In this document: one piece after another, positions 15,752 through 37,951 of the stretch | How the letters are laid out: the number at the start of each line of letters is the position of its first letter | Position numbering within the stretch: position 1 is the first letter of the stretch | DNA from: the human T2T-CHM13v2.0 reference genome, Homo sapiens | DNA: 64,000 nucleotides | Reading direction: 5' to 3' (one strand) | Assembly: GCF_009914755.1 (NCBI RefSeq) | Contig: NC_060926.1 | The notes under the pieces: model-generated | What the model saw: only the letters and a program-made list of their open reading frames with translations | Databases searched by the model: none | Told to the model about the DNA's origin: nothing | Made by a program: the position numbers and the translations under genes

Positions 15752-16817
15752 TCATCTCACAACCTCTCCTATCATTTTCCTTCACTCCTTAAGGGGCTTC
15801 TCTTCCTCCCCTATTTATAAGTTTGCAAAGGTCCATTCTCAGCGAGCAAGCAATTTTATCCTCATGTTTTACCTCCCAAAATATCTCTGAATGCAGACCT
15901 CTTTCTGAGTTCATGTACCATATGCCTAACCCCTAGGGGATGTCTTAAAAATTCTCCAAACTAAATTTTCCTAAAAGTTCTCCTAACTGAATTTCCCCCA
16001 AATTGCATACACCATTATGCCTCCAAGTTCTGCTTCTTTTCCTAGGCTATATTTCCTGACGTGTCTTCTGCAGCCCAGGCAACAGTGCTCAGGAACACAG
16101 ATCCATTCTAGGGTTCCCAAAGGGGAAGCTGACTCTGAGAATTGCAGTTATTGTACTTTCCTTGGTTGGATCAGAAAATATGGCCTTGAGGATGTGGCAG
16201 ATATTAACTTCAAAAGGAAGTTTGATGGCTCTCTGTCCTATGTCTGTGTCCCCTTAGAGGTCTTTATCTCTGCTGGTAGAAAATGGAGAGGAATCACTGT
16301 GCTTCTCTTTTGCACATAATGTCAGCCTAGAGATGCATATGTGTAAAAACAAAGTTGGAGGGGGCTCAAGGGGATGAAGAATGAACTCAGTAGGATTCTC
16401 CCAAATGCTCTACTGTGTCCAGAGAATACAAACGAAGCCAACACATTTAGCTTTAAACCTTGGAGCTTTAATCTTTCAAGAACACATTTCCTTACTGTAT
16501 TTCTAGTAACTACTGTTTCTGACTTTTCTGGAAATCCCACCAGTTTCCTTGACTCCCTTTTCCATAAGAATTGAGTCATAAAAATAGAACCATGAGAAAA
16601 GTTAGTTTGACCCCTTTGCCCTCTGAAATGTGCTGGTGGAAACAGCCTGAGGGGATTGGGGGTGGGGGAAATGCCTCTTTAATCGAACTGGTTCTTCCAT
16701 CTCAAGGAAAAACAAACTGAAGCAAAGAATAAAAATTGCTTTACATTAGTCCTCCACAGGAAAGGGATTTTTTTTTAAGGAAAGAATTTACCTGTGGACT
16801 CTTCTAGTGTTTGGAGA

Positions 16818-16986
16818 AGGGATTTTTAACCTGAGAACCATGAATGGGCTTTACTGGGATATATGATTCTCCAGAAACTGTGAGCTACATGTTTTTGTTT
16901 CTGTGCATTTTTCTCAAGTGAGGGTCTATAATTTTTATCAGATTCTCAAAGAAGTCCCTGTCCCCCCAAAATGTAAGAACTACTCA
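16818..16986. mobile_element. MER103-like hAT-Charlie fossil
   Basis: ttttaacctgaga...tttatcagattctcaaag...taagaactact. Confidence 0.65.
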
Positions 16987-17004
16987 TTTAGAGGATAACC
17001 TAGT

Positions 17005-17440
17005 TGAATTATTTATTGCTGTGTAACCAATTACCTCATAATTTAGCAATGTAACACAACTATTTGTTATCTCACAGTTTGTGTGGGTCAGGCATTCAAG
17101 AGTGGTTTAGTTGGATGACTGCTCAGGGTGTCTTATGATGTTGCAGTAAAAAGTGAGCTAGGGTTGCTGCCATCTGAAGAATGGGGCTAAAGAATCTGTT
17201 TTCAAGATGGTTCACTCACATGGCTGTTGACATAAGGCACTTGTTTCCTGTTGGCCATTGGCAGGTGGCTTCAGTTCCTTGCCACATGGACCTCACCATT
17301 GAGCTGCTTGAGTGTTCTCACAACATAGCACCTGGCTTCCCCCAGAGTGAGTGACTGAGAAAGAGTAAGGAGAAAATCACAATGCCTTTTATAACTTAGT
17401 CTCGGAAGTCATACATTGTCAGGTCTGTCACATGCTATTC
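17005..17440 (-). mobile_element. MLT1 (F/G/H-like) MaLR LTR fragment
   Basis: attgctgtgtaaccaattac...atctcacagttt...ttcaagatggttcactcacatggctg. Confidence 0.75.
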
Positions 17441-17459
17441 TATAAACAAGACAGTCCAC

Positions 17460-17810
17460 TTTTTTTTTTTTTTAAGAGACAAGGTCTTACTCTGTCACCT
17501 AGGCTAGAGGGCAGTGGCACAATCACGGCTCACTGCAGGCTCAACCTCCTGGGCTCAAGTGATCCTACCACCTCAGCCTCCTGAGTAGCTGAGACCACAG
17601 ACACATGCCACCATGCCTGGCTAATTTTTATATTTTTATATTTTAAATTTTATTTCCCATACTACATGGATATATAATTTTTGTATTTTTTGTAGAGACA
17701 GGGTTTTGCTATGTTGCTCAGGCTGGTCTTGAACTCCTGGGCACAGGTGATCCACCTGCCTCAGCCTCCCAAAGTGCCAGGATTACAAGTGTGAGTCACT
17801 GCACCCAGGC
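17460..17810 (-). mobile_element. AluJ
   Basis: Diverged dimer with expanded middle linker. Confidence 0.9.
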
Positions 17811-17819
17811 TACAGCCCA

Positions 17820-18126
17820 TTCTTTTTTTTTTTTTTTTTTTTTTTTTGAGACAGAGTCTCACTCTGTTACCCCGGCTGGAGTACAATGGTGCAATCTCAG
17901 CTCACTTCAAACTCCGCCTATGGGTTCAAGTGATTCTCCTGCCTCAGCCTCCCAAGTAGCTGGGATTACAGGCATACACCACCACACCCAGCTAATTTTT
18001 GTATTTTAAGTAGAGGTAGAGTTTCACCATGTTGGCCAGGCTGGTCTCGAACTCCTGACATTGTGATCCTCCCACTTCGGTCTCCCAAAGTTCTGGGTTT
18101 ACAGGCGTGAGCCACTGCACCCGGCC
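17820..18126 (-). mobile_element. Alu (AluSg-like)
   Basis: Full dimer, TSD agccca. Confidence 0.92.
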
Positions 18127-18810
18127 AGCCCAATGGGTTCTTCCTGCCTGCTGCACAAACAAAATCAACTCACCAAGACCATGGCATTGTAGTAACAAAA
18201 GTGTTTAATTGACACGAGGCTGGTCACTCCCCATAGGAAATGGGGTTATTACTCACTCAGATCAATCTCCCTGAAGGCATGAGGTTAGGGGTTTTTCAAA
18301 GATAGTTTGGTGGGCAGGGAGCATACTGATTGGTTGGGTCAGAGATGAAATCATAGGGAATCAAAGCTGTCCTCTAGTGCTGAGTCAGTTCCTGGACTCA
18401 ACAGGACTGGTCGGCAGGTCCAGATGGTGTCATGTGGTTGTCAGAACGGCAAAATCTTGAAAAGACATCTCAAAAGGCCAATCTTAGTTTCTACAATAGT
18501 GATAATATCTGCAAGAGTAACTGGGGAAGTTGCAAATCTTATAAATTCTGGAATAATGGCTGGTAATTATTTAGAATTCAAGCCCCTCTCATCCTCCTAA
18601 CTTGGTGGCCATTTATTTATTAGTTTTACAGGAACAATTTCATTTTTGGGAAGGGCTAGTATCATTTCAACTGTAAACTAAATTTCGCCCAAAGTTAGCT
18701 TGACCCACACCAAGGCATAAGCAAAGAGAGCCAACTTGTGAGGCTAGAAGCAAGATGGAGTCAGCCATGTAGATTTCTCTTACTGTCATAATTTCCCAAA
18801 GGTGGTTTCA
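18127..18810 (-). mobile_element. LTR8B-like ERV1 solo LTR
   Basis: Minus strand begins tgaaaccacctttgg...catggctgactccatcttgcttctagcctcac; ends gaagaacccattgggc. Confidence 0.82.
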
Positions 18811-19357
18811 GTATGAGGATTACATGAAACGCTGGATTAATAACTGCTAAAAAATGTTAGCAGTAACAATGGTGACCCCACCCCCAATCTAAGGATTTCC
18901 ATTTCCATTCAATAGAATTATACATTTATGAATTGTTAATCTTCTACATGTGGTCAGAAGTGATTATTTATTGAGAATTACTTTGTAGAGCAGGTGCTGT
19001 AGGGCAGGGAGATAAAAAAGAAATTAAAAACAGACCCTGTTCTCAATCATTCTACATTTTAGTTGGGGAAAAAAGATACATATGTGTAGAACAGAGGGAT
19101 GCTTTGGAAATCCATTGATACCCATCTCTTTGTTGAGAAACAGGGGAAGTCCTTGCCTTGAGTGTAATTTTGAAGGTTAAGATTCAGGCGTGGGTACATG
19201 AATGAAGATTTAATTGGAAAGGGAAGCTGAAATTTGAAGGAAGACCACAGAAGACATTTCAGGACCATACCAGAAAAAATAAAAGGGAAAAGAAGAGGAT
19301 TTATGAAATCAAGAGTTCACAGATAAAGGAATAAACTTAAAGAAAAAGCAAAAAGCC

Positions 19358-19662
<305 letters not shown>

Positions 19663-20319
19663 AAAAGCCAGGCACTTCTCTGAGGGAAGAAATGATCTGT
19701 GCCATGGTAATTCCTGAAGGAGCACTTTATCATATTTATCCAACTGTTTATTGGAAGAGAAAGATATTCTATTAACCCTTCAAGAACAAAGAAAGTATCT
19801 ATTAGGCTTCTGTAATCCAGCATGGAGGATACTTAAAAAAAAAATACTGAAAAACCAATTATCTGACTAATTATAACTTTAGATTAAAATGTTTGCTGAC
19901 CGGCATCCCATGGAGCTGGTTCTCTACATCCCAGCTTTTTGGCTTATCCCCTGTTGTGGGAGGGGTCAAATTAGGGTTTCCAACAGCTCTCTCAGGCAAC
20001 CTCATAGGCTGGGGAAGAGATAGAGGAGAGCCCTCTCCAGGCTGGCCTCAAAGGGCATTTGCAGCATGGAGGGCATGGAATAGAAGGAGTTCAGGAAAGG
20101 CCACTTCAAAATATGACACTTTGGTGTGCTGATTACATTGAACTAAGGGCACTTTGGGAACAGCAGATTCAGACAGAGGCTTTTTCTGAGCTCCCTTTAG
20201 CTGCCTAAAGACAATCCTCCAAATAGAACTCAACTGTCCTGAATCCCCTTCATGGGAATCTCATCCACCAGGGAAGATTAACTGGGATCATAGAAGAAAG
20301 CCCGGAGGTGGAGACCACG

Positions 20320-21015
20320 TGATATGGTTTAGCTGTATCCCCCAGCAGATCTCATCTTGAATTGTAGCTCCCATAATCCCCATGTGTCATGGGAGGGACC
20401 TGGCTGGAGGTAATTAAATCATGGAGGTGGGACTTTCCTGTGCTGTTCTCATGATAGTGAATAAGTCTCATGAGATCTGATGGTTTTATTTATTTATTAT
20501 TATTATTATTTTGAGATTGAGTATCGCTCTGTTGCCAGGCTGGAGTTCAGATCTTGGCTCACTGCAACCTCTGTCTCCCAGGTTCAAGCAATTCTCAGCC
20601 TCCCGAGTAGCTGGGACTACAGATGCATGCCACCATGCCCAGCTAATTTTTATATTTTTAGTAGAGACATGTTGGCCAGGATGGTCTCAATCTCTTGACC
20701 TCATGATCCACCAACCTTAGCCTCCCAAAGTGCTAGGATTACAGACGTGAACAGCTGCACATGGCCTGATCTGATGGTTTCATAAAGGGGAGTTCGCCTG
20801 CACAAGCTCTCTTGCCTACTGCCATGTAAGATGTGCCTTTGCTCCTCATTTGCCTACTGCCATGTAAGATGTGACTTTGCTCCTCATTTGCCTCCTGCCA
20901 TGATTGTGAGGCTTCCCCAGCCATGTGGAACTGTGAGTCAGTTAAACCCCTTTCCTTTGTAAATTACTCAGTTTTGGGTATGTCTTTATTAGCAGCATGA
21001 GAACAGACTAATACA
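20320..21015 (+). mobile_element. THE1 (B/C-like) solo LTR with nested Alu
   Basis: tgatatggttt...gactaataca; TSD ccacg/ccatg. Confidence 0.92.
20484..20766 (-). mobile_element. Alu (AluSc-like) with small deletions
   Basis: TSD gatctgatggttt. Confidence 0.9.
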
Positions 21016-21203
21016 CCATGCCCAGGAAGATATTCTCCTGAGGGTTTCTCCAGGCAACTTTTATTACCTGGGAGACTTTTATCTGCCTAACGAGAAGATC
21101 TTTATTCACCATACATTTCCTCCCCTCACCCTCCCATAACTTGTGTGGCCACCACCTCCCAGAAGCCTCAAGTCCCCATTCCTTTCTGTAGCTCAAAATA
21201 CTA

Positions 21204-21568
21204 CATAGGTTGCATATCCCTAATCCAAAAACTCGAAATACTCTAAAATCCAAAATTTTTTTGAGTGTTGACATGAGCCTTCATGTCATGAGTGGAAAAT
21301 TCCACACCTGAACTCATGTGATGTGTCACAGTCAAAACACATTAAAAACTTTGTTTCATGCTCAAAATCATTAAAAATGTTATATAAAATTACCTTCAGT
21401 TTGTGTGTATAAGGTGTATATGTAACATAAATGAATTTTGTGTTTATACTTGAGTCTTAGCCCCAAGATCTCTCATTATATATGTGTAAATATTTCAAAA
21501 TTGGAGAAGATTCCCAATCTGAAACATTTCTGGTCCCAAGCATTTTGGATGAGAGATACTCAATCTGT
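21204..21568. mobile_element. Tigger4b/MER46-like TcMar element
   Basis: Inverted termini aggttgcatatccc / gatactcaatctg with TA TSD. Confidence 0.8.
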
Positions 21569-21913
21569 ATAGGCTTCAATCATCTGGCCCTCCTTTGAGT
21601 CTTATATTTTGAAGGACTCCTGTGCCTATGTATGTAACTAAAGATGGCTTTTCTCCTGTTAATCTGTCTTATGTCAGTTTAATTTGTAGCCCAGGCAAGG
21701 AGCCTAGAAGGGCAAAGGGAAGCCATTTTTCACTCACTTTCAATGTGGAAGACTTGGTCACATGGCTGACCTCAGGACAGTCATATAAGGCAGCTCTTTT
21801 GACTGGGGATTGAGAAGAACACAGCCATACTCTGGTTGGTTCCCAGGAGCATTGGCTTCTTTGATGTCACAATAAAGCAAACATTGGACTTTCTCAAAAG
21901 TTAGAAGGCAGGT

Positions 21914-22232
<319 letters not shown>

Positions 22233-22518
22233 GCAGGTCCAATTCATTTTGCTGACCTTGGTAGCCATCTGATTTCTTTGGGATTTGGGTCTGACCATGG
22301 AAAGTTCTTAATACTTGTGGTAGCATCTGCGATTGAAGGAGTTTTTCATCACAGCAGCTGTGAAACTGTCCCCTCCCACCACCCCCCCAGTTTGGGAAGG
22401 GCGTCTGTGTTGTGTTGGCCGTCGCAACACCCTCAGATCCTACCCTCTGCCTCCTGGACAGATCTCCTGCTGGCACCTAATGTTGAAGCAACCTACTGGC
22501 TCCTAGCACTCTCTCTCA

Positions 22519-22797
22519 TTTTTTTCCCTTGAGACAGGGTCTCTGTCACCCAGGCTGGAGTGCAGTGGCGTGATCATGGCTCACTGCAGCCTCCGCCTCC
22601 AGGCTCAAGGAATCCTCCCACCTCAGTCTCAGCATTCTGAGTAGCTGGGACTATATCACGTCTTGCTAATTTTTGTATTTTTTGTAAAGATGGGGTCTCA
22701 CCATGTTGTCCAGGCTGATCTCAAACTCCTGGGATCAAGTTATCTGCCCTCGGCCTCCCAAAGTGCTGGGATTACAGGAGTGACCCACTGTGCCCAA
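22519..22797 (-). mobile_element. AluJ
   Basis: TSD gctcctagcactctc/gctcctggcactctc. Confidence 0.9.
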
Positions 22798-23170
22798 CAG
22801 GCTCCTGGCACTCTCAATGCCTATGGAGAAGTCTTTTAGGAAAAAAAATAGAAAAGGAAACAATGATTTTATTGTTTTTGTTCAAATAACACATATTTAT
22901 CATAAAAATTTAAGTAATATAGAAAAGCATAACGAAGAAAGTTAAAAAAAAAAAAATACACACACACACACTCTATAAATCCCATTGCTCCGAGATAACC
23001 ATACCCCAACATTTGTAAAAAATATGATTCAGGAATCTATAGGTAGGTGAGTAGACAGAACAACAGAAACAATTTTATAAAAATAAAATCATTCTCTGCA
23101 TACTATTTTAGATGTAAAAAGTTTAATATCATTTAACTTAAATTTAACAGTACAAAAACTGAAGCAAAAC

Positions 23171-23739
<569 letters not shown>

Positions 23740-23762
23740 CAAAACTTAAAAATTACTAAATT

Positions 23763-24066
<304 letters not shown>

Positions 24067-24495
24067 TTACTAAATTGGCTGCTGCTTTATCACAAGATAT
24101 AATAATTCTTAAGAGATTGATCTAGAAAAAAGACAATGCAAAACATTAGGAGATTAAATTTGCTTTTTTAAAAAAAGCCATGTTTCAATTTTAAGTGGTA
24201 TCTATTGACTTCCTGCTACAAAAGATGAGGAATTACCCGCAATTGTACTTTAGCCCAATGCCTGACTCTGCCTCTTGATTTTTACTACAGTTGACCCTTG
24301 AACAACACAGGTGGAAATTTATGAATCCACTTATTCATGGGTTTTCTTGCACCTCTGCCACCCTTGAGACAAGAAGTCTAACCCCTCCTCTTACTCCTCT
24401 TCCTCAGACTGCTCAAGGGGAAGATTACGAAGATGGAGACCATTATGATTTACTTCAACTTAATGAATAGTGAATATATTTTCTCTTCCTGATGA

Positions 24496-25092
<597 letters not shown>

Positions 25093-25365
25093 GATTTTCT
25101 TAATAACATTTTCTTTTTCTAGCTTACTTTATTGTAAGAACACATAATATAATACATATAACCTCCAAAATATGTGTTAACCAACTGTTTATGTTATCAG
25201 TAAGGCTTCTGGTCAACAGTAGGCTATTAGTAGTTAAGTTTTGGGGGAATCAAAGGCTATATGTAGATTTTCAACTGTGCAGGGAGATCAGCACCCCTAA
25301 TCCCCCCAATGTGCAAAGGTCGAGTGTATATTCCATTGTCAATGTTCCCCTCATTTCATTTTTTT

Positions 25366-26903
25366 CTAATTTTTATTAAAAAAATTTTTACAACATGCTA
25401 TTAGTTACATATTTTATTATTTTTATTTAAAAATATTTTTAAATTATTTAAAAAATTTCTTGTAGGTACATAGTAGTTGTATATATTTAGGGGGTACATG
25501 AAAGGTTTTGATACAGGCATGCAATGTGAAATAAGCATATCATGGATAATGGGGTATGTATTCCCTCAGGCATTTATCCTTTGAGTTACAAATAATCCAG
25601 TTCCATTCTTTAAATTATTTTAAAAGTATACAATTACATTATTATTATATAGTTCCCATATTGTGCTATCAAGTCGTAGGTCTTATTCATTTTTTCTAAT
25701 TTTTTTCTTTACCCATTAACCATCCCTGCCTCCCCCTCAACCCCTCACAACCCTTCCCAGACTCTGATAACCATCCTTCTACTCTCTATGTCCATGAGTT
25801 CAATTTATTTTGATTTTTAGATCCCACAAATAAATGAGAACATGTGATGTTTGTCTTTCTGTGCCTGACTTATTTCACTTCACATAATGATCTCCAGTTC
25901 CATCCATGTTGCAAATGACTGAACCTCATTCTTTTTATGGCTGAATACTACTCCATTGTGTATATGTACCATATTTTCTTTATCCAGTCATTTATTAATG
26001 GACACTTAGGTTGCTTCCAAATTTTAGCTATTGTAAACAGTACTGCAACAAACATAGGAGTGCAGATATCCTATGATTTCCTTTCTTTAGCAGTCTCACT
26101 GCTGGATCATAGAGTGGCTCAATTTTTAGTTTTTTGAGGAACCTCCAAATTGTTCTCCATAGTGGTTTTAGTAATTTACATTCCCACCAACAGTATACAA
26201 GGGTTCCCCTTTCTCCACATCCTGGCCAACATTTGTTATTGCTTGTCTTTTCCCTATAAGCCGTTTTAACTGGGGTGAGATGATATCTCATTGTAATTTT
26301 GATTTGCTTTTCTCTGATGATCAGTGATGTTGAGCACCTTTTCCTATGCCTGTTTGCCATTTGTATGTCTTCTTTTGAGAAATGTCTGTTCAAATCTTTT
26401 GCCCATTTTGGATCAGATTATTATATTTTTTCTTATGGAGTTGTTTGAGCTCCTTGTATATTCTGGTGATTAATCCCCTGTCTGATGGGTAGTTTGCAAA
26501 TATTTTCTCCCATTCTGTGGGTTGTCTCTTCACTTTGTTGACTGTATACTTTGCTGTTCAGAAGCTTTTTAACTTGATGTGATCCCATTTGTCCATTTTT
26601 GCTTAGGTTGCCTGTGTTTGTGGGGTATTACTCAAGAAATCTTTGCCCAGACCTATGTCCTAGAGATGTTCCCCAATGTTTTGTTGTAGTAGTTTTGTAG
26701 TTTGAGGTCTTAGGCTTAGGTCTTTAATCCATTTTGATTTGATTTTTGTATATGATGAGAGATACGGGTCTAGTTTCATTCTTCTGCATATGAATATCCA
26801 GTTTTCCCAGCACCATTTATTTAAGAGATTGTCTTTTCCCCAGTGTATGTTATTGGCATCTTTGTCAAAAATGAGTTCGCTGTAGGTGTGTGGATTCGTT
26901 TCT
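25366..26903 (-). mobile_element. 5'-truncated L1MA1/2-like element
   Basis: ORF2 C-terminal remnants (minus ORFs 26028-26393, 26660-26938), L1MA 3' UTR, degenerate TSD ctcatttcatttt/ctcatctcatttt. Confidence 0.9.
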
Positions 26904-26968
26904 CTCATCTCATTTTGTTCCCTACCCACACTTCTCACTGTTGTTTAGTTTTGGCTATATATATATAT

Positions 26969-27266
<298 letters not shown>

Positions 27267-27316
27267 TTGGCCCTATGTTTAATGGACTCAGTGCTCACCA
27301 CCTCTATGTTACCCAG

Positions 27317-27769
27317 TGGTATGGATTAAATTGTGTGCTGTATCCCCACAACTGAGAAAAAGGTATGTTGAAGTCCTTACCCTCAGTACCTCAGAATAGG
27401 ACCTTATTTTAGAAACAGGATTTTTACAGAGGTGATCAGATTAAAATGAGCTTAGTAGGGTGGGCCCTAATCTAATATGACTGGAAATTCGAACACAGGC
27501 ATGCATGGAGGAAAGACTCTGAGAAGAGGCATAGGGAGGACACTGTGTGAAGATTGCAATTATGCTGCTGCAAGCCGAGGCCTGTCTGGGGCTGCAGAAT
27601 CTGGAAGAGGCAAGAAAGGATTCTCCTTCATGATCCTCAGAGGGAGCGTGTCCCTGCTAACACCTTGATTTCTTACTTCTAGCTCCCAGCACTGTGAGAC
27701 AATGACTCTGTTGTTCTAAGTCATCCAGTTTGTGGTCTTTTGTTATAGCAGCCCCAGGAAACTAATACA
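27317..27769 (+). mobile_element. MLT1B-like MaLR LTR
   Basis: tggtatggattaaattgtgt...ggaaactaataca; perfect TSD cccag. Confidence 0.88.
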
Positions 27770-27952
27770 CCCAGGTCCTGTACTGTAGAATCCATTTTGA
27801 CTCATCTCTGGTTGGATAGATTTCATTCATAAGTTGTTTTTCAAGAAACGTTCATGGGTCCTTTATTCCCTGAGGTTTAGCATGCCTGAGAGTGTCTGTT
27901 TATTGCCTTTATACTTGAAGGATAACTAGGTGTGTAGAAAATCCTTGTGTCA

Positions 27953-31194
<3,242 letters not shown>

Positions 31195-31560
31195 AGAAAA
31201 TTCTTGTGCCATGTTTTCTTTCCTTTGGCACTTTAAAAATGTGGGTCCTCTGTCTTTTGGCATTGTGAAAAAACCTGAGGAAATTTGATCTGGTTTTTCC
31301 TTCGGTAAATGCTTTTCTACATGGTTAACCACATGAGATTTTCTTTGTCCTTGATGTTTCATAACTGCAGCAGGATATATCTTGATGTTGAACAGTCTAT
31401 GTCAATTTTTCTTGGAACATCTATGCCCTTTTGATCAGCAGATTGAAATCATCCTTATTTCAAGAAAGTTTTATTATTTTTGAAATAATTTACACTTAAT
31501 TTCTTTTATTCTCTTTTTTTCTGGAAGTGTTTATTCTCTGTCAGAAATGCTGGAGATCTC

Positions 31561-31648
31561 TTTTTTTTTTTTTTTTTTTTTTTGAGATGGAATCTCGCTC
31601 TGTCGCCCAGGCTGGAGTGCAGTGGCGTGATCTCAGCTCACTGCAAGC
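31561..31648 (-). mobile_element. Severely 5'-truncated AluY-like insertion
   Basis: Poly(T) plus ~65 bp of right arm ending ctgcaagc; perfect TSD tgctggagatctctttt. Confidence 0.9.
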
Positions 31649-31727
31649 TGCTGGAGATCTCTTTTACCGGGCTCCCATAAGAATAGTAATTTTCTCTAGA
31701 ATCATTAACAAGTCTTGAGATTTAGCT

Positions 31728-31875
31728 GTTGTTGTTTTTGTTGTTTTTTTTGTTTTTTTGTTTTTTTGTTTTTTGTTTTTGAGACAAGGTCTTGCCCTGC
31801 TACCTAGGCTGGAGTGCAGTAGGATTGACTCCCAAGTAGCTGGGACCACAGGCGTGTGCCTCCATACCCAGCTAT
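31728..31875 (-). mobile_element. AluJ fragment
   Basis: Deleted right arm with T-rich tail. Confidence 0.8.
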
Positions 31876-31933
31876 TCATTTCGTTTTGTGTGATTTCCTG
31901 GTTTCTGCCCAACAGATATTGAACTAGAGTCAG

Positions 31934-32232
<299 letters not shown>

Positions 32233-33178
32233 TGTCAGTTTTTTTAAATGGTTTTTTTTTTTTTTTGTCTTCTAATGTAGCTTCCATCTCTTGTCACATT
32301 TTATTCTTCCATTTTTATCCTGAATTTATTAGCTTGCTTTTTATCTTCTGTCATTTTAGAATCTCTTCTTTGAATTCTTATGTCTTGTCTTTGCAGGCTT
32401 TTTCTAGAAATAGTGTTGTCTGAAATTTCTTTGAGAACATGGAGAATTTATCTGAACATATTTTCTGTTTCCTTGGGTAATTATTCTTGCGGTGTTTATT
32501 TTTTTATCAGCCTTTTGTGTATATTTCCTTCCTCTGCAATTTCTATGTGTAAGTCCAATATGGTTCCCTGTTGGTTATTGTTTGTCTTTGAATGGGATCC
32601 ACTACTGGCTGAATAGCAGTATGAGGAGTGGAGAAAGAGCTAGGGGTGTTGGAGAGAATCTAGGATCCTTCAGCTTCAATAGGTTTTGTTATCTCAAACA
32701 CCCTTTCAGTTACTTCCTTTTTCTTGGGGGTCATCTCCCCACAGCTTTTGGTGTTCAGGAAGTCCATGTGACCTAGACTTACAGGTCCATGGGTGCAACC
32801 TGGTGGTCCCACCTCCACATCCTCCTTCCCCACTCATCCTTCCCCATGACTGCCTTTCTGGAGGCGAGGTTAGCAAGGTAGTTCCTGCAGGCCCCCCTTC
32901 CCTGCCATTCTGCAGTGCCTGTCAGCTCTCTACAGGACTTCCCCAGTCTCTGGGGACCAGCCTGTGCTACCGTATTGCTGAGATATTAATAGATTCCAAG
33001 CATTATCAGCGAAGCTTCTATCACAGATTTTTGGAGTAATCTGTGTCCTACCCTGGGTCCAAGGAGGCACCTGGCATCTCTTTCCTGTTACAGTTCCCAT
33101 CTTACAGTAACAGCAGGTTTGCTTCATGGGCTCTGGTTTGGTGCTGTAGTTATTTGTCTCATTGAAAATGGAGGCCTT

Positions 33179-33512
<334 letters not shown>

Positions 33513-33723
33513 TCATTTGTAGTGCTGTGATCAGTAGGCTTCATAATGGGAGAGTGGAGTAAATATTTTAACAGGAAGTCTTTTGTTTTGAAAGGCTAAT
33601 TGATATTAATTAATCTATTTATGGCCTGGGAATATTTACCTTTGTTATGTTTTTATGTGAATATACTATAAATTATAAATAGGAACATTATTTTTGTGCT
33701 TGTTTATATTCTATTTCTCCTAC

Positions 33724-34032
33724 TTTCTTTCTTTTTTTGTTTTTTTTTTTGAGATGGAGTTTTGCTCTTGTTGCCCAGGCTGGAATACAACGGCACAATC
33801 TTGGCTCACTACAACCTCTGCCTCCTGGGTTCAAGCGATTCTCCTACCTCATCCTCCTGAGTAGCTGGGATTACAAGCATGCGCCACCATGCCCAGCTAA
33901 TTTTGTATTTTTAGTAGTGACGGGGTTTTTCCATGTTGGTCAGGCTGGTCTCAAACTCCCAACCTCAGGTGATCCGCTCACCTCAGCCTCCCAAAGTGCT
34001 GGGATTACAGACATGAGCTACCGCACCCAGCC
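33724..34032 (-). mobile_element. Alu (AluSp/Sq-like)
   Basis: Full dimer. Confidence 0.93.
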
Positions 34033-34121
34033 TTCTACTTTAGTTTTAAAAGTGTAGTTGGTCATGAACTGCACTCCTTAGTTTCTGTTTGTTTCTTTTC
34101 AAAATAAGAATGTCTTCATAA

Positions 34122-34463
<342 letters not shown>

Positions 34464-34861
34464 TAAAAATAACACGTGCTCATTATAAAACAGTGAGCAA
34501 CACTAAAAAGAAAAATCACAGTGAAAGCCATTGAAATGCCACCATCTGTACATAATTGCTATTAAGTTTGTGTGATAATCTTTTGAGACATTTTCTATGT
34601 ATACAACAATGTGTCAATAATTTGAGAAAATGAAATCATATATGCTTCTTTGTAAAGGTTTTGTTTTATTATATAAGTACTACATGAACACATTAGCATT
34701 GAAAAAAATTCAAAGGAGGCAGACAAGCTCTCGCTTAATTTCCCTTCATCCTCTTTCCTTTCTTTGGGAAAATCACTTGTCTCAGATTTCCAGGCCTTTT
34801 TTCTATTCATTTACATACACATTTGTAAACACATAGAAACATATACAATTTTTTTTTAACA

Positions 34862-35148
34862 TTTTTGAGACACAGTCTTGCTTTGTCACTCAGGCTGGAG
34901 TGCAGTGGCACAATCATGGTTCACCGCTGCCTTGACCTCCCAGGCTTAAGTGATCCTCCCACTTCAGCCTCCTAAGTAACTGGGATCACAGGCACACACC
35001 ACCATGCCCAACTAATTTTTAAATTTTTTGTAGAAACAGGGGTTTCACTATGTTACCCACGGTGGTCTCGAACTCCTGGGATCAATGTTTCTCCTGCCTA
35101 GGCCTCTGAAAGAGCTGGGATTACAGGCATGAGCTACTGTGCCTAACC
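34862..35148 (-). mobile_element. AluJ
   Basis: Diverged dimer. Confidence 0.9.
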
Positions 35149-35199
35149 ACATATACAGTTTTTTAAAAAAACATATATTAGATCACTGAATATGATTGA

Positions 35200-35547
<348 letters not shown>

Positions 35548-35844
35548 CAGGGATCTTATTTTTAATTAAAATTTCTAATCATTTTAAAGGAATTGAATTG
35601 TGTTTTGAGTATACACTATCTTATATTCATCTACTTTGCTCAACTGTTTTATTAATTCATATGAATTACAACCTCTGCCTTGGATTTTTAAAGTTCCCAA
35701 TTATGCTTTTAATACTGATATTTCTTGCATATTTTGTTCTAATATTTATTTTCCAGCACCATATTTAAGTAACAGGGGTGATGTAGAGATGTGATTTTCA
35801 ACTTTAAGATGTGAGTGCATCAAACTCACCTGGAGAGCTGGTTT

Positions 35845-37300
<1,456 letters not shown>

Positions 37301-37392
37301 AGAACATATGTATTTTGTTTGGCTCAGACAGTATTTAAAGATTATTTTGAAAAGATTATGAGCTTTCTCTTTTTAAGGATAAGAGCTTTAGC

Positions 37393-37951
<559 letters not shown>

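Larger units (their letters stand above)
20081..21742 (+). mobile_element. MER34-family LTR interrupted by THE1 and Tigger4b
   Basis: Collinear reverse complement of 13217-13813 once inserts are removed. Confidence 0.8.
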
